Virus record (IMG/VR): IMGVR_UViG_3300034022_000723
Coordinates: 62,001-116,519 of that record
Strand: one strand, 5' to 3'
DNA: 54,519 nt
Origin: an uncultured virus (IMG/VR IMGVR_UViG_3300034022_000723)
Taxonomy: Duplodnaviria; Heunggongvirae; Uroviricota; Caudoviricetes
Position 1 is the first letter of the stretch. Each line of letters starts with the position of its first letter. The translations under genes and the position numbers were made by a program. Below the pieces are notes generated by a model. It saw only the letters and a list, made by a program, of their open reading frames with translations. It was not told where the DNA came from and ran no database searches. Shown one piece after another: positions 10,217 through 20,005 of this stretch.

Positions 10217-11337
10217 TATCTGTTATTTATAACATTAATTATTGTTTCCAAATCTTCATCAGTTAATCCTAAATGTAATGGTAATGTTAATTCATGTTTA
10301 TCATACCATTCCGCGTTTACTAAACCACCAACCTTTTTAAAGTCCTTGAATGGTTCGTACTTATCATTTCTTTTATAATGCATACCACAGTAAACACCAT
10401 TGTTTTTTAATAAATCATACACCTCATCCCTATCCTCAAAGAATAAAGGTAAGAAGTGTGATGAAGAGACTCTATCTGTATTATATTCAGGTAACATCGC
10501 ACCTTTAACATTATTTAAATAATATGACGATATTAATCTACGACGTAAATTATTTTGATTAATTGTTTCTAACCCAATAATACCCATAGTTGACGCGATA
10601 TCCGTTAAATGATATTTGTAACCAACTTCCTCTACTTCATAATCCCAATTGTATGTTGGTTTCTCTGTGTTCAAATTACTTCTAGATACTGTATCTTTAT
10701 TAATACCCAACCATCTTAATTTGTTTAATCGTGTATACAACTCTTCATTGTTTGTTGAGATTGCACCACCATCACCAACTGGTAAGTTCTTAACCGCTTG
10801 AAAACTCCACACACAAATATTATCTGTATCACCAATCATCTTACCATTGTACATCCCACCAAAGGAATGTGCACAATCCTCGATAACGGGAACACCATAA
10901 CGATTTGCAATTTCATTAATACGAATCATATCACAACTATATCCACCAATGTGAACTACCATGATTGCTTTTATTTCATTATCCTCTTGGAGTGCTTGTT
11001 CTATTGAATCGGCAGATATGTTACCTGTCATCTTTTCATTATCACAAAACACAGGAATATGACCTTCATACAAAATTGCATGATTGGTACTAACAAATGT
11101 ATTTGATGTTGTAATAATTTTAGAGTTAGGTGGCAAGTTTAAAACTTTAACCGCCAAGTGTAAACCAGCAGTTGCGCTGTTTAACGCAACAAAATATTTT
11201 GAACCAATATATTCGGATAACTTGGTTTCAAATTCTTTTGTTTTAGGACCTAACCCAATCCAACCAGAGTTAAGAATTGGTCTTAGTTCGTTTAATATTC
11301 TTTCAGTGTCTATTTGTGGTTTGAATACTTGTATCAT
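10216..11337 (-). CDS. DegT/DnrJ/EryC1/StrS PLP-dependent sugar aminotransferase
   Basis: NSATAGLHLA, IEDCAHS, SFQAVKNL..GDGG. Confidence 0.9.
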   Translation of the reverse strand: MIQVFKPQIDTERILNELRPILNSGWIGLGPKTKEFETKLSEYIGSKYFVALNSATAGLHLAVKVLNLPPNSKIITTSNTFVSTNHAILYEGHIPVFCDNEKMTGNISADSIEQALQEDNEIKAIMVVHIGGYSCDMIRINEIANRYGVPVIEDCAHSFGGMYNGKMIGDTDNICVWSFQAVKNLPVGDGGAISTNNEELYTRLNKLRWLGINKDTVSRSNLNTEKPTYNWDYEVEEVGYKYHLTDIASTMGIIGLETINQNNLRRRLISSYYLNNVKGAMLPEYNTDRVSSSHFLPLFFEDRDEVYDLLKNNGVYCGMHYKRNDKYEPFKDFKKVGGLVNAEWYDKHELTLPLHLGLTDEDLETIINVINNR

Positions 11338-11909
11338 AAATTTAAAAATTTTTCAGGTGTTATAAGGTTTAATATTTCTTTTCTGTTTTCATCTAATAAT
11401 TTAAAATTTAATACATCCGATTTAGGATATAATGTTTGTTTACCTTTTTTAATGATACCAACACCATGATCAGTATCAACAACACACATAGATAAATTTT
11501 CATCTGTCATTCTAAATTTAACATATGCTTTCCATGTTGTACCATTCCATGTTTTTCCAACAACATATTCCTCAACTTGATGTTCTTCTTTAATTGGACT
11601 ACAATCGTGCATAACAATAGTTCCACCCTGATTTAAATGTTTTAATGAGTTTGTTATGTCTTGTTCTACTTGATAGTCTAAATGTAAACCATCTATGAAA
11701 ATAATATCATATTTCACATCAATATCTAATTGATTAAAAAAATCATCAGATGGTATTGGGTAATTACAATTACCGGCAGGATCTACCCCGTCTTTATGTT
11801 CTACGGTAATTTTATTTAAATTCTCATCTGGATTTCTAACACCAATCTCAAGGTAACGTTTATAGTTATTCTTTTTGATTAGATGATTTATAATGTCAGT
11901 TCTTTTCAT
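11334..11909 (-). CDS. Class I SAM methyltransferase (Methyltransf_24-like)
   Basis: YLEIGV, DIIFIDGLH, GGTIVMHD. Confidence 0.8.
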   Translation of the reverse strand: MKRTDIINHLIKKNNYKRYLEIGVRNPDENLNKITVEHKDGVDPAGNCNYPIPSDDFFNQLDIDVKYDIIFIDGLHLDYQVEQDITNSLKHLNQGGTIVMHDCSPIKEEHQVEEYVVGKTWNGTTWKAYVKFRMTDENLSMCVVDTDHGVGIIKKGKQTLYPKSDVLNFKLLDENRKEILNLITPEKFLNL

Positions 11910-12421
11910 TTCTTTTTTGCTTTCATTATTAAATCACTATGTTCGTTATTGTGTTCACCAGTTTCATAGATTTCTAATATTTCAAAATCATCTTTAAAAA
12001 TATTTTCTAAATCCATTTTAGAATATCTTTTTTGATCAACAAAATCTTTATAGTTACTTGGTGATGTTGAATGATTATTTTTACATCTATCATTACACAT
12101 AGTTAAAAATAATAAACCTTCATCATATAGTAAATCAATAATTTGTTTTTTATATAAATTTGAATCTGGACAAAATTGAAATGAACTTATAGATGTAACT
12201 GCACCATATATTCCAATATGGTTTGGTGGAATTACACCTGGATTTATTACAACATCAACACCCTTACCTTCTAAAATATCAAATCCTGTTAAATTATTGA
12301 TAATATCTCTAGTACTCCCGTTAATATTAAAAGAACCTAAGTCGGCTAACTTTACGGAATTAATATATTCTTTATTTTTTTGATACCATCTTGTTAGATG
12401 ATTTTTAACACTATCATGCAT
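11906..12421 (-). CDS. Putative SAM methyltransferase
   Basis: DLGSFNINGS, GFDILEGKGVD. Confidence 0.55.
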   Translation of the reverse strand: MHDSVKNHLTRWYQKNKEYINSVKLADLGSFNINGSTRDIINNLTGFDILEGKGVDVVINPGVIPPNHIGIYGAVTSISSFQFCPDSNLYKKQIIDLLYDEGLLFLTMCNDRCKNNHSTSPSNYKDFVDQKRYSKMDLENIFKDDFEILEIYETGEHNNEHSDLIMKAKKK

Positions 12422-13325
12422 ATTGTTCTATTAATTTAATTAATTTTTTAGTTAAAACCTTGGTACTCAAACTGTTCAATATAAAAGGTTGAATGTCTCT
12501 TAAATATTTTTTTCTATTTTCAATATCGTTTAAAATGTTCAATGCGTTTTTTAAAGATAATGGGTCATTTGTGATTGAATAATCTAAATTAAATTCTTTA
12601 GCAAGTTCTTCATAACTTCTAGATGCATTAACTATACATGGAACTCCACAAGCAATGGAAGCAATCATCTTATTATTACTTTTTATACCGGCATCCGAAC
12701 CTAAATGAGATAGTGCACACACATTGGATTGTCTTAAATCACTAACAAACGTATCTAATCCCCATTCGGTTTTTCTAATTGGTAGTTGAACATTTATATT
12801 TTTAGTGTCGGTAATTAAATTTAATTCAAACTTCTTATCAATAATATGTGGAATCATCCATTGAATAGATTGCACATTAGGATAATTACCAAACCACGAT
12901 ATTTTATTTGAAACTGTAGGGGTATCCAATAAATCTACAATACCATAATCTAAACAATCCTCTATAACAATACATTCTTTACCGGTACCTAATGAATTAA
13001 AATGTTCTTTTCTACCTAACGTATCAGTCGTAACAATATCAACATAATCCATCATTTCCTTGAAATGTGGATTGTTATGCACTGGATCATCAAAATCAAA
13101 TACTTTAAAACCCTCAAATGCTTTAACATATGTAAGTGTTTGATTATCAATTCTTTTTTGAATAATCAAAATATTTGAATTGATATCAAATCCAATGTTA
13201 CTTTCATATTTATCTGAATGATAAGTATTGATTGAGTTATTAGGATAAAATAATCTTATTCTTGTTGATGCAAATGATGTTACATCAGAGTACATTGGTA
13301 CCCACGATATTTTTTTAATTGACAT
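12414..13325 (-). CDS. GT-B-like glycosyltransferase
   Basis: ASTRIR, FDFDD, WFG, KSNNKMIASIACGVPCI. Confidence 0.65.
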   Translation of the reverse strand: MSIKKISWVPMYSDVTSFASTRIRLFYPNNSINTYHSDKYESNIGFDINSNILIIQKRIDNQTLTYVKAFEGFKVFDFDDPVHNNPHFKEMMDYVDIVTTDTLGRKEHFNSLGTGKECIVIEDCLDYGIVDLLDTPTVSNKISWFGNYPNVQSIQWMIPHIIDKKFELNLITDTKNINVQLPIRKTEWGLDTFVSDLRQSNVCALSHLGSDAGIKSNNKMIASIACGVPCIVNASRSYEELAKEFNLDYSITNDPLSLKNALNILNDIENRKKYLRDIQPFILNSLSTKVLTKKLIKLIEQYA

Positions 13326-13911
13326 ATTCCCAATTGAATCTTAAACGTTTAGTAGGTTCATTACCTTTCTTTCTTATTAGTTCTAAATTGTGGTTACTAT
13401 CTCTTACACCTTCACTTGAACTTTCTTCGGCATATACTTTAGCTTTGATATGTCTTAGTTCGTGTACCTCAAGTAATTTAATACATTTATTATAAAAATG
13501 AATGTCATCATAACCATAGTTACCACAAAAATCTTCATCATACCCACCTATCTTTTCAAAATCATCTTTATGAATGAGATATATATTTACACTATTGGTA
13601 TCTTCCCTACCTAAATAATATACACATCCCTTTCTTAAATTAGTATTAACTAATTGTTCCATATTTTCTTTAGTGACAAGATGATCAATATCAGCACAAA
13701 GAATCCATCCCTCACATATATGAAATCCTAAATTTCTCGCACCCGGCTGATTCCATTTAATATCATCAGTTATTCTTGCCACTCTAATACCATCTACAGG
13801 ACCCAAAGGTTCTTTTGAACAATCATCTATTATAACCGTCTTTAACCCTTGATTAATAATACCTTGTATTCTTTCTCTTTGACCAAAATAGGTATATAGA
13901 ACTGTTATCAT
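13315..13911 (-). CDS. GT2/GT7-like glycosyltransferase
   Basis: IIDDCS, GARNLG, DID, GGYDEDFCGNYGYDD. Confidence 0.75.
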   Translation of the reverse strand: MITVLYTYFGQRERIQGIINQGLKTVIIDDCSKEPLGPVDGIRVARITDDIKWNQPGARNLGFHICEGWILCADIDHLVTKENMEQLVNTNLRKGCVYYLGREDTNSVNIYLIHKDDFEKIGGYDEDFCGNYGYDDIHFYNKCIKLLEVHELRHIKAKVYAEESSSEGVRDSNHNLELIRKKGNEPTKRLRFNWEYVN

Positions 13912-13912
13912 A

Positions 13913-14614
13913 TTAATACTTTAAATGTCTTCCTTGGTCCACAAAATATTCATTGTCTTTTTGTTCCCCTTGTAATGTAAATTTATTTGCATAACCTCTT
14001 AATTTTTTTATTTTGATGTTTTTTTCCATTCTCCATAAACAAAATGGAAAACTAATTTGGTCTCTAGAACTAAATTTAGTGATTTGTTCCCACCACATTA
14101 ATTGAAGTTCTTTAACTGAGTGCGTTGTTTTAACAATAAATGTACACATTTCATAAAGACCATATCCATCTGGCATACCTAATGATTTATATAAACTGAA
14201 TTGGTTTTGAATATTTTCATGAATATCTAAATTCCATTGAGCGCATGCCGTCATCTCTTGATATAAACATTTCCTATCAGGATGTTTAAATAAGAATATA
14301 TCCACACCATCACCATACTCATCTATAATTAATTGAGGGTCTTTTTTTAATTGGTGATTACCATCTTCCCATATAATGTATTCATATTGAGAAAAAATTA
14401 ACGACGATAAAATCTTATAAGTTTTAGCATCCCTTCTATTTTTATAATTATCTATAGTTGAGAATTTTAACACGTCTCTTTGTTCCCAAACCTTAACATC
14501 GTTTTCTTTTTTATCTACATATGCAATATAATCACAATTTTCAAAAACCATTGGAGGATCAATCAACTTATCTTTTCCGTTAGTGATTGCAGTTAATACT
14601 AAGAATTTTTTCAT
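13913..14614 (-). CDS. DUF616-like glycosyltransferase
   Basis: TAITNGKD, WEDGN, HPDRKCLYQE, RDQISF. Confidence 0.75.
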   Translation of the reverse strand: MKKFLVLTAITNGKDKLIDPPMVFENCDYIAYVDKKENDVKVWEQRDVLKFSTIDNYKNRRDAKTYKILSSLIFSQYEYIIWEDGNHQLKKDPQLIIDEYGDGVDIFLFKHPDRKCLYQEMTACAQWNLDIHENIQNQFSLYKSLGMPDGYGLYEMCTFIVKTTHSVKELQLMWWEQITKFSSRDQISFPFCLWRMEKNIKIKKLRGYANKFTLQGEQKDNEYFVDQGRHLKY

Positions 14615-14617
14615 ATT

Positions 14618-15181
14618 TTAAAATTTATATAAGATTAAAACATCGTCACTTCTATTTTTTATATGTCGATTATCAATTATTTCACTGTTGGGATGTAAAT
14701 TAATAAAATTTTGTTTTTTTGAATCGATGTCATTCACATCTTCAATGATATAAATTCCATCTGATTTCATTTTGTTCTTTAAAATCCCAAAAGATTTAAC
14801 TTGGTCATTAAATAAATGACTACCATCATCAATTATTATATCAAATTCATAATTTTTTAATTCTTCTAAAATATTCTCATCGGTAGCATCACCATGTATT
14901 ATATGTAATAAGTTTGTATTTTCATTAAATGGTACATCATTTTTCAATGTATTAATTGAATCAACACTTACTTCAATACCAACAATGTTAGAATTTATAA
15001 AATATTCATTCCACATTCTAATTGAATGACCATATCTAACACCAATTTCTAAAATGGATATACTATCTCTACGACCACTTAATAATTTTTCGTATTCGTC
15101 AATGTATGTGTGAGCAGTACCCTTATCTCCATGACCTTCTGGAAATTGATAATTTATGTATATTTCATTTAATGATTTCAT
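14618..15181 (-). CDS. Class I SAM methyltransferase
   Basis: DKGTAHTY, ILEIGV, DIIIDDGSH, GIYIIEDV. Confidence 0.8.
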   Translation of the reverse strand: MKSLNEIYINYQFPEGHGDKGTAHTYIDEYEKLLSGRRDSISILEIGVRYGHSIRMWNEYFINSNIVGIEVSVDSINTLKNDVPFNENTNLLHIIHGDATDENILEELKNYEFDIIIDDGSHLFNDQVKSFGILKNKMKSDGIYIIEDVNDIDSKKQNFINLHPNSEIIDNRHIKNRSDDVLILYKF

Positions 15182-15789
15182 ATCTTATAATAATTTTCTT
15201 TTAAATCGTTTTCATTAATGTATTTTATTTTCTTCATAATTACTTGATAACCAACGTGTAATATTTCAATGTATTTGTAGTAAGAATGGTTGAAAGAATC
15301 CACTGCGGTCCTAACCTGTAGATATTTTTCTTGTTCCCATCCACCACCATAGTCATCGAATATAATATAACCATTTTCTTTCAGACAATAAAATGAATTA
15401 ACAGAATCTTCCAAAACATAATTGGACATGTGATTACCATCAACATATATCAAATCTAAAAATTCCTTTGATTTACCATTATGTTTGAATTGTTTAAAAC
15501 TATCCGAGGACTCACCTAATAGATATGTTAATTTATCTTTATATGGATTAATATTATTTTCAATAAATTCGTTAGTATTAATATCCATAATATAGTGATG
15601 TGAACCTTCTTTTTTACAAAATTCTTCTAATATGTATACAGAAGATCCACCATATAATGCACCAATTTCTAAAGTAATGTTGGGTTTATCTTTTAATGAA
15701 CTAAGTATTTCTTCCCATATAGTAATGTGGTCGGTAAAGAACATTCTTTCTTCAGGATATTTGAAATGTTTTGGATATTGATAACTCAT
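15178..15789 (-). CDS. Class I SAM methyltransferase (Methyltransf_24-like)
   Basis: LEIGALYGGS, DLIYVDGNH, GYIIFDDY. Confidence 0.8.
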   Translation of the reverse strand: MSYQYPKHFKYPEERMFFTDHITIWEEILSSLKDKPNITLEIGALYGGSSVYILEEFCKKEGSHHYIMDINTNEFIENNINPYKDKLTYLLGESSDSFKQFKHNGKSKEFLDLIYVDGNHMSNYVLEDSVNSFYCLKENGYIIFDDYGGGWEQEKYLQVRTAVDSFNHSYYKYIEILHVGYQVIMKKIKYINENDLKENYYKI

Positions 15790-16406
15790 AATGTACTATA
15801 ATAATTGTTTTGTTTTTCTTGTCTTGATATTGTTTTATGATGTTGGATACAATATTCCTCGTCTAAAGGTAAAGATGAGAATTTTTGACCACCTATTACT
15901 CTTTCGTGGACCTTACCATACCAACTCATACCTTTACGAAATATACGTCCTTGTGCATCAGGGAAGTTAACCCATCCCTTATCGTTAACTCTCCATCCCC
16001 ATTTGTTTATGTGTTCTTGGGTTAAACCATCTACAGTGTTAATACGAGGAACAAATATTAAATCCACATCAGGATTCATTTCCAACATTTGATTTATATT
16101 TTTAACCATATATTCACTAATCATTTCATCGGCATCTATTTGATAGATGTAATCACCCGTACAATAATCATTTAATTTGTTTTTCCAATTGGCAAAGTTA
16201 CCTTCAAAATCAAACCCTCTCCACGTTTGAACGTGAGGGAATTTATTATATGGTAGTAAGAAATCCAATATTTCAGGGTTACCATTCTTTTCATCATATA
16301 AAATAACAATCTCATCTTCCTTTCTTTTATGTTCAAATAAAAATGAAACCAATCTTTTTATTTCTTCTAGTTCATTACAAACTGTAATTGCAAAACTTAT
16401 TTTCAT
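15786..16406 (-). CDS. GT2 glycosyltransferase
   Basis: AITVCNE, IDADE, FPDAQGRIF, VHER. Confidence 0.8.
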   Translation of the reverse strand: MKISFAITVCNELEEIKRLVSFLFEHKRKEDEIVILYDEKNGNPEILDFLLPYNKFPHVQTWRGFDFEGNFANWKNKLNDYCTGDYIYQIDADEMISEYMVKNINQMLEMNPDVDLIFVPRINTVDGLTQEHINKWGWRVNDKGWVNFPDAQGRIFRKGMSWYGKVHERVIGGQKFSSLPLDEEYCIQHHKTISRQEKQNNYYSTL

Positions 16407-16407
16407 A

Positions 16408-16650
16408 TTATGCTCTTTGTCCTCCGTTTATTCTACCCGTTAATATATTTACTACTTCGTTGTCTATTTCTTCCACAATTTGTTCCGACATTAATCTCGT
16501 TAATTCAGCCTCAGCATCAATTGAGTAAACGGTATTTAAATCATCAACCAATTCAGGTCTCCATTGAGCACGTAGTGTTCTAACAATATTCTGAATACCT
16601 TCCGATTGAATTGTTATCCCATGAAAAAATCTAAACTCTCTAACTCCCAT
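16408..16650 (-). CDS. 80-aa protein: N-terminal FRFFHG tag plus gp23-like major capsid fragment
   Basis: RTLRAQWRPELVDDLNTVYSIDAEAELTRLMSEQIVEEIDNEVV resembles the gp23 block R-x-L-[KR]-A..ELAQDL..DA[DE]AEL..EI..EI.RE. Confidence 0.7.
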   Translation of the reverse strand: MGVREFRFFHGITIQSEGIQNIVRTLRAQWRPELVDDLNTVYSIDAEAELTRLMSEQIVEEIDNEVVNILTGRINGGQRA

Positions 16651-16651
16651 A

Positions 16652-16897
16652 TTATTGTTTTGGTCTAGCATAAAACTTAAATGTTTTACCAGTGGTGCTG
16701 TCGGTAAAAGTCATTATTGATTGGTTTGTGTTAGGTATTGTAATAACAACTTCAGGTCTTTCTACCGTTTCATCTGCGGTTGCAAAAATCTGAGGTTCAT
16801 CATTATCAAATTGAACAACCCATTCACATGGCATGTACTTGATAATAGTGTTTTCAATTTGAACTTCCTCTTTTTTCTTTTTTGTTGACTTCGCCAT
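16652..16897 (-). CDS. Hypothetical protein
   Basis: 81 aa, coupled on both sides; ends TFKFYARPKQ. Confidence 0.65.
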   Translation of the reverse strand: MAKSTKKKKEEVQIENTIIKYMPCEWVVQFDNDEPQIFATADETVERPEVVITIPNTNQSIMTFTDSTTGKTFKFYARPKQ

Positions 16898-18148
16898 TTA
16901 TTTAACTCTATTTAATTTAGGTAGTATCAGTTTAGTTTGTTGTGGTATAGTAATGAATGGTGTTAATATACTTTTAAATTTTTCTATCATTTTACTTAAT
17001 GAAAAATTATTTTTATTTTCTTCTTTTAATATTTTAGATTTAGTTAAAAATTTATTATAATCTTTTTTAACTAATTTTAAAACCTCAACCACCTCATTGT
17101 AATTAGCGGTAAACCATTTAGAACCTTTAATTATAAAAGTATCAACCGCACTATCATCAACTTCAGTTAATTTACCACCAACCATGATTGAATTATTGAT
17201 AGACAAAAAATCTTTATGACCTGACCAGTTAGATGCGATTACAGGTTTACCAGTCATAGTGAACTCTAATAGAGGTCTACCGAATCCCTCACCTTTAGTA
17301 ATTGATACCATTGATTTAATTTTAGGATGATTATATAAATCGTTCATTTCTTTATTAGTTAAATCACCAAATAATAAATAAATAGAAGGTGGATTTTTTA
17401 TATCACCAACAATTTCTTTTATTTTTTTCCTAAATGATTCTCTCTCTTTTACTGAAAAATTAGCGGAAGATGTTTTAAGAACTAACGCGGGTTTATCTTT
17501 TTCATCTTTAAATGATTCCACAAAACATCTAATTAACATACCAACATCTTTTCTATCTTGACCAAGGTTACCCTTTAACCAATGACCAACAAAAAGATAA
17601 GCAAAATTTTCTTTGATATCTAATTTAAAATCTTTATTAATTACATCATTATAAATTGATATGTCCGCACCTTCAAATAAAACCTCAATAGGTTTTTCTA
17701 TTTTATGTTGTTTTAATAGTTTATCACTATCTTTTTCTTTTTCATCATATACTGTTGATAAAAGAACTTCTTTAGAAAAATTAGATGTTGCAATGATTAA
17801 ATCCATTCTATTACAACCATCAACCCAATCTTTAGGTGCAATGGTTGTTTCAATACCGGCAGTTATACCAATGTTAAATTTACCAAATCTTCTAAATTCA
17901 TTTGGTACTGTAACTTGAACGTAAATTTCGGGCAAACCCTCAAAAGAATTAACAATATTACTTTCAATCCACTGATGAAATAAATTGTCTTTTTCTAATG
18001 CGGTCATTGGTGTTGAACCCCACACACAACTATCAATTTTAATATCAAACATATTCATTTGATATAACGATTCTAATAAATCTCTTGAATGTGAACCATA
18101 TCCACTTCTTGTTTTAATTGGTCCTCTAAATAATAACGTTGGTTTCAT
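16898..18148 (-). CDS. GT4-like glycosyltransferase
   Basis: RSGYG, KGEGFGRPLLEF, PVIASNWSGH. Confidence 0.85.
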   Translation of the reverse strand: MKPTLLFRGPIKTRSGYGSHSRDLLESLYQMNMFDIKIDSCVWGSTPMTALEKDNLFHQWIESNIVNSFEGLPEIYVQVTVPNEFRRFGKFNIGITAGIETTIAPKDWVDGCNRMDLIIATSNFSKEVLLSTVYDEKEKDSDKLLKQHKIEKPIEVLFEGADISIYNDVINKDFKLDIKENFAYLFVGHWLKGNLGQDRKDVGMLIRCFVESFKDEKDKPALVLKTSSANFSVKERESFRKKIKEIVGDIKNPPSIYLLFGDLTNKEMNDLYNHPKIKSMVSITKGEGFGRPLLEFTMTGKPVIASNWSGHKDFLSINNSIMVGGKLTEVDDSAVDTFIIKGSKWFTANYNEVVEVLKLVKKDYNKFLTKSKILKEENKNNFSLSKMIEKFKSILTPFITIPQQTKLILPKLNRVK

Positions 18149-19506
18149 TAAACTATTTTATATAAATTAAATCTTTCACGTGGTGTGAATTTTTTTATTG
18201 TTGTCTCAATACCTTCACTCATAGCATCACACATTACTTTTGATGACAGGTTTTTAATTGCAAATTCCCTTCCTTTCAAACCGTTATGTTTTCTTAATTC
18301 TTTATCTGTCGTATATATTTCCATTATTTTACTCGCAACTTCTTCATCGTTAACTCTATCGTCAAATATGTAAGGAGTAATAGGTGAACCATTTATGTTA
18401 ATTGCTGATGGCCAAACTGGTAAAACCCATTCACCGTGTCGGGTATGGTTATGTTTCTTTTTATTACTTAATGTTTCAATATCAATATAATCATCTGCAG
18501 TATAATCAAATCCACATTGGTCTTGTAATCCACCAGTAATATTAACAATAATAGGTGTACCCGCCATTATACTTTCCGCAGTACCCAAACCAAATCCTTC
18601 ATTACTTGCAATGTTAACAGTACAATCGGCAATGTTATATAATTCATTTAACTTTTCGGCTTCAATTTTATTAGTTGAGAATACAACATTGTAATCAGGA
18701 CACAATTTATCTTTAACAGCATATAAATCAGTACCATTATTATCTATTGGTGTTGTATGTAATAACAAGACACATTTATCCGAATCTTCTTTTGACAATT
18801 TATCACAAAATAATCTATAAGAATAAATTAAATCTGATGTTTGTTTTCTTCTAATGTTTCTACTGTTATAAAATAACACGAAACTATATTCTTTATCACC
18901 AAACAATTGTTTCTTGGTTTCTGTTAAATCAATATCTAATGGTTTGAAAACGTTTGGATTAATTCCATGTGGAACATAACTAACTTGCCAATCTTCTAAT
19001 GGTTTACGAATACCATCGTCCATTTTACCCACACGATTAACAATACCATAAGTTAATTTAGAAATACATCCTAACCAATCACAACTTTCGTAGTAATCTT
19101 TATTATATGATGGATCAGGAAGATTATCCCAAATATGATAATAAAGAATTGGAACTTGTTGTCTAATCTCGTGTTCATTATCATACAACCATTGCCAATA
19201 ATGAGGGTCGGTGAAATGTAATATGGCGTCTATCTTTTCTTCTTTAAGAATTGTCCTTAAAACATTAATATCCCCATAACCATTATATGGTATGATTTTT
19301 AATTCGGCATCTTTAACACCAGTTCTTTTTCTCACATCATCATTACAATCAACAAATTTACCGGTTTCGGGGTGATTAATACCTGCGCCTAATTGTATCC
19401 AATTAAACCTATCAACGGTACCCATTACGAATTCTTTAGACATTGTTGAAATACCTGAAGTCATTCGTAAATCGTCCGATAATAATAATATTCTTTTTTT
19501 ACCCAT
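18148..19506 (-). CDS. GT4-like glycosyltransferase
   Basis: VPHGIN, NEGFGLGTAES, TGGLQDQ; start taken at MGKKRILL. Confidence 0.85.
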   Translation of the reverse strand: MGKKRILLLSDDLRMTSGISTMSKEFVMGTVDRFNWIQLGAGINHPETGKFVDCNDDVRKRTGVKDAELKIIPYNGYGDINVLRTILKEEKIDAILHFTDPHYWQWLYDNEHEIRQQVPILYYHIWDNLPDPSYNKDYYESCDWLGCISKLTYGIVNRVGKMDDGIRKPLEDWQVSYVPHGINPNVFKPLDIDLTETKKQLFGDKEYSFVLFYNSRNIRRKQTSDLIYSYRLFCDKLSKEDSDKCVLLLHTTPIDNNGTDLYAVKDKLCPDYNVVFSTNKIEAEKLNELYNIADCTVNIASNEGFGLGTAESIMAGTPIIVNITGGLQDQCGFDYTADDYIDIETLSNKKKHNHTRHGEWVLPVWPSAININGSPITPYIFDDRVNDEEVASKIMEIYTTDKELRKHNGLKGREFAIKNLSSKVMCDAMSEGIETTIKKFTPRERFNLYKIV

Positions 19507-19507
19507 A

Positions 19508-19711
19508 TTAATATTTTGATCCACTCACAGATAAATCTGTGTAATTATTTATTTTATTTCTAAATGATTCGTCTTTGACGTAAAGGTCTAATGTACGATT
19601 AACTAATTTTTGTAAGTTAATATTACCATCAATCGCATTTATCTTAAATTTTCTGTAAACGTCTTCCAATATATGGACACTCGTTAATTTTTTTTCTACT
19701 TTCATATTCAA
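19508..19711 (-). CDS. Small putative ribbon-helix-helix DNA-binding protein
   Basis: TSVHI strand followed by two helices; heads the glyco operon. Confidence 0.45.
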   Translation of the reverse strand: MNMKVEKKLTSVHILEDVYRKFKINAIDGNINLQKLVNRTLDLYVKDESFRNKINNYTDLSVSGSKY

Positions 19712-19786
19712 ATATATATTTATTGATATATACCATAATCAAAAAAATATCGTCAATAATAACGATATCTTAAATTATCGTCTATA

Positions 19787-19921
19787 TTATTGATTAGTGT
19801 TTGGTGTCTCTTCTTGTGTTACTGGTTCAGTAACCTCTGGTGTTTGAACTTCACTTAATCTAATGTTTACCGGTGGTTGAACCGGTGGTTCTTGTTTTTT
19901 ACCTTTACATCCACATCCCAT
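19787..19921 (-). CDS. 44-aa MGCGCK micro-protein
   Basis: Own translation MGCGCKGKKQEPPVQPP...; TATTTATA upstream at 19935-19942 (minus). Confidence 0.65.
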   Translation of the reverse strand: MGCGCKGKKQEPPVQPPVNIRLSEVQTPEVTEPVTQEETPNTNQ

Positions 19922-20005
19922 AGTTGTTGTTTTTTATAAATATTTTGGTTTATTGAAATTAATTTCTTATATTTTAATTATAAACAAAGAAAATTAAAAA
20001 GTCAA

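Noticed and set aside
5056..19506. Bacterial O-antigen or capsule locus
   Set aside because: No wzx/wzy/ABC exporter; flanked by a tail fibre and contains a capsid-like fragment
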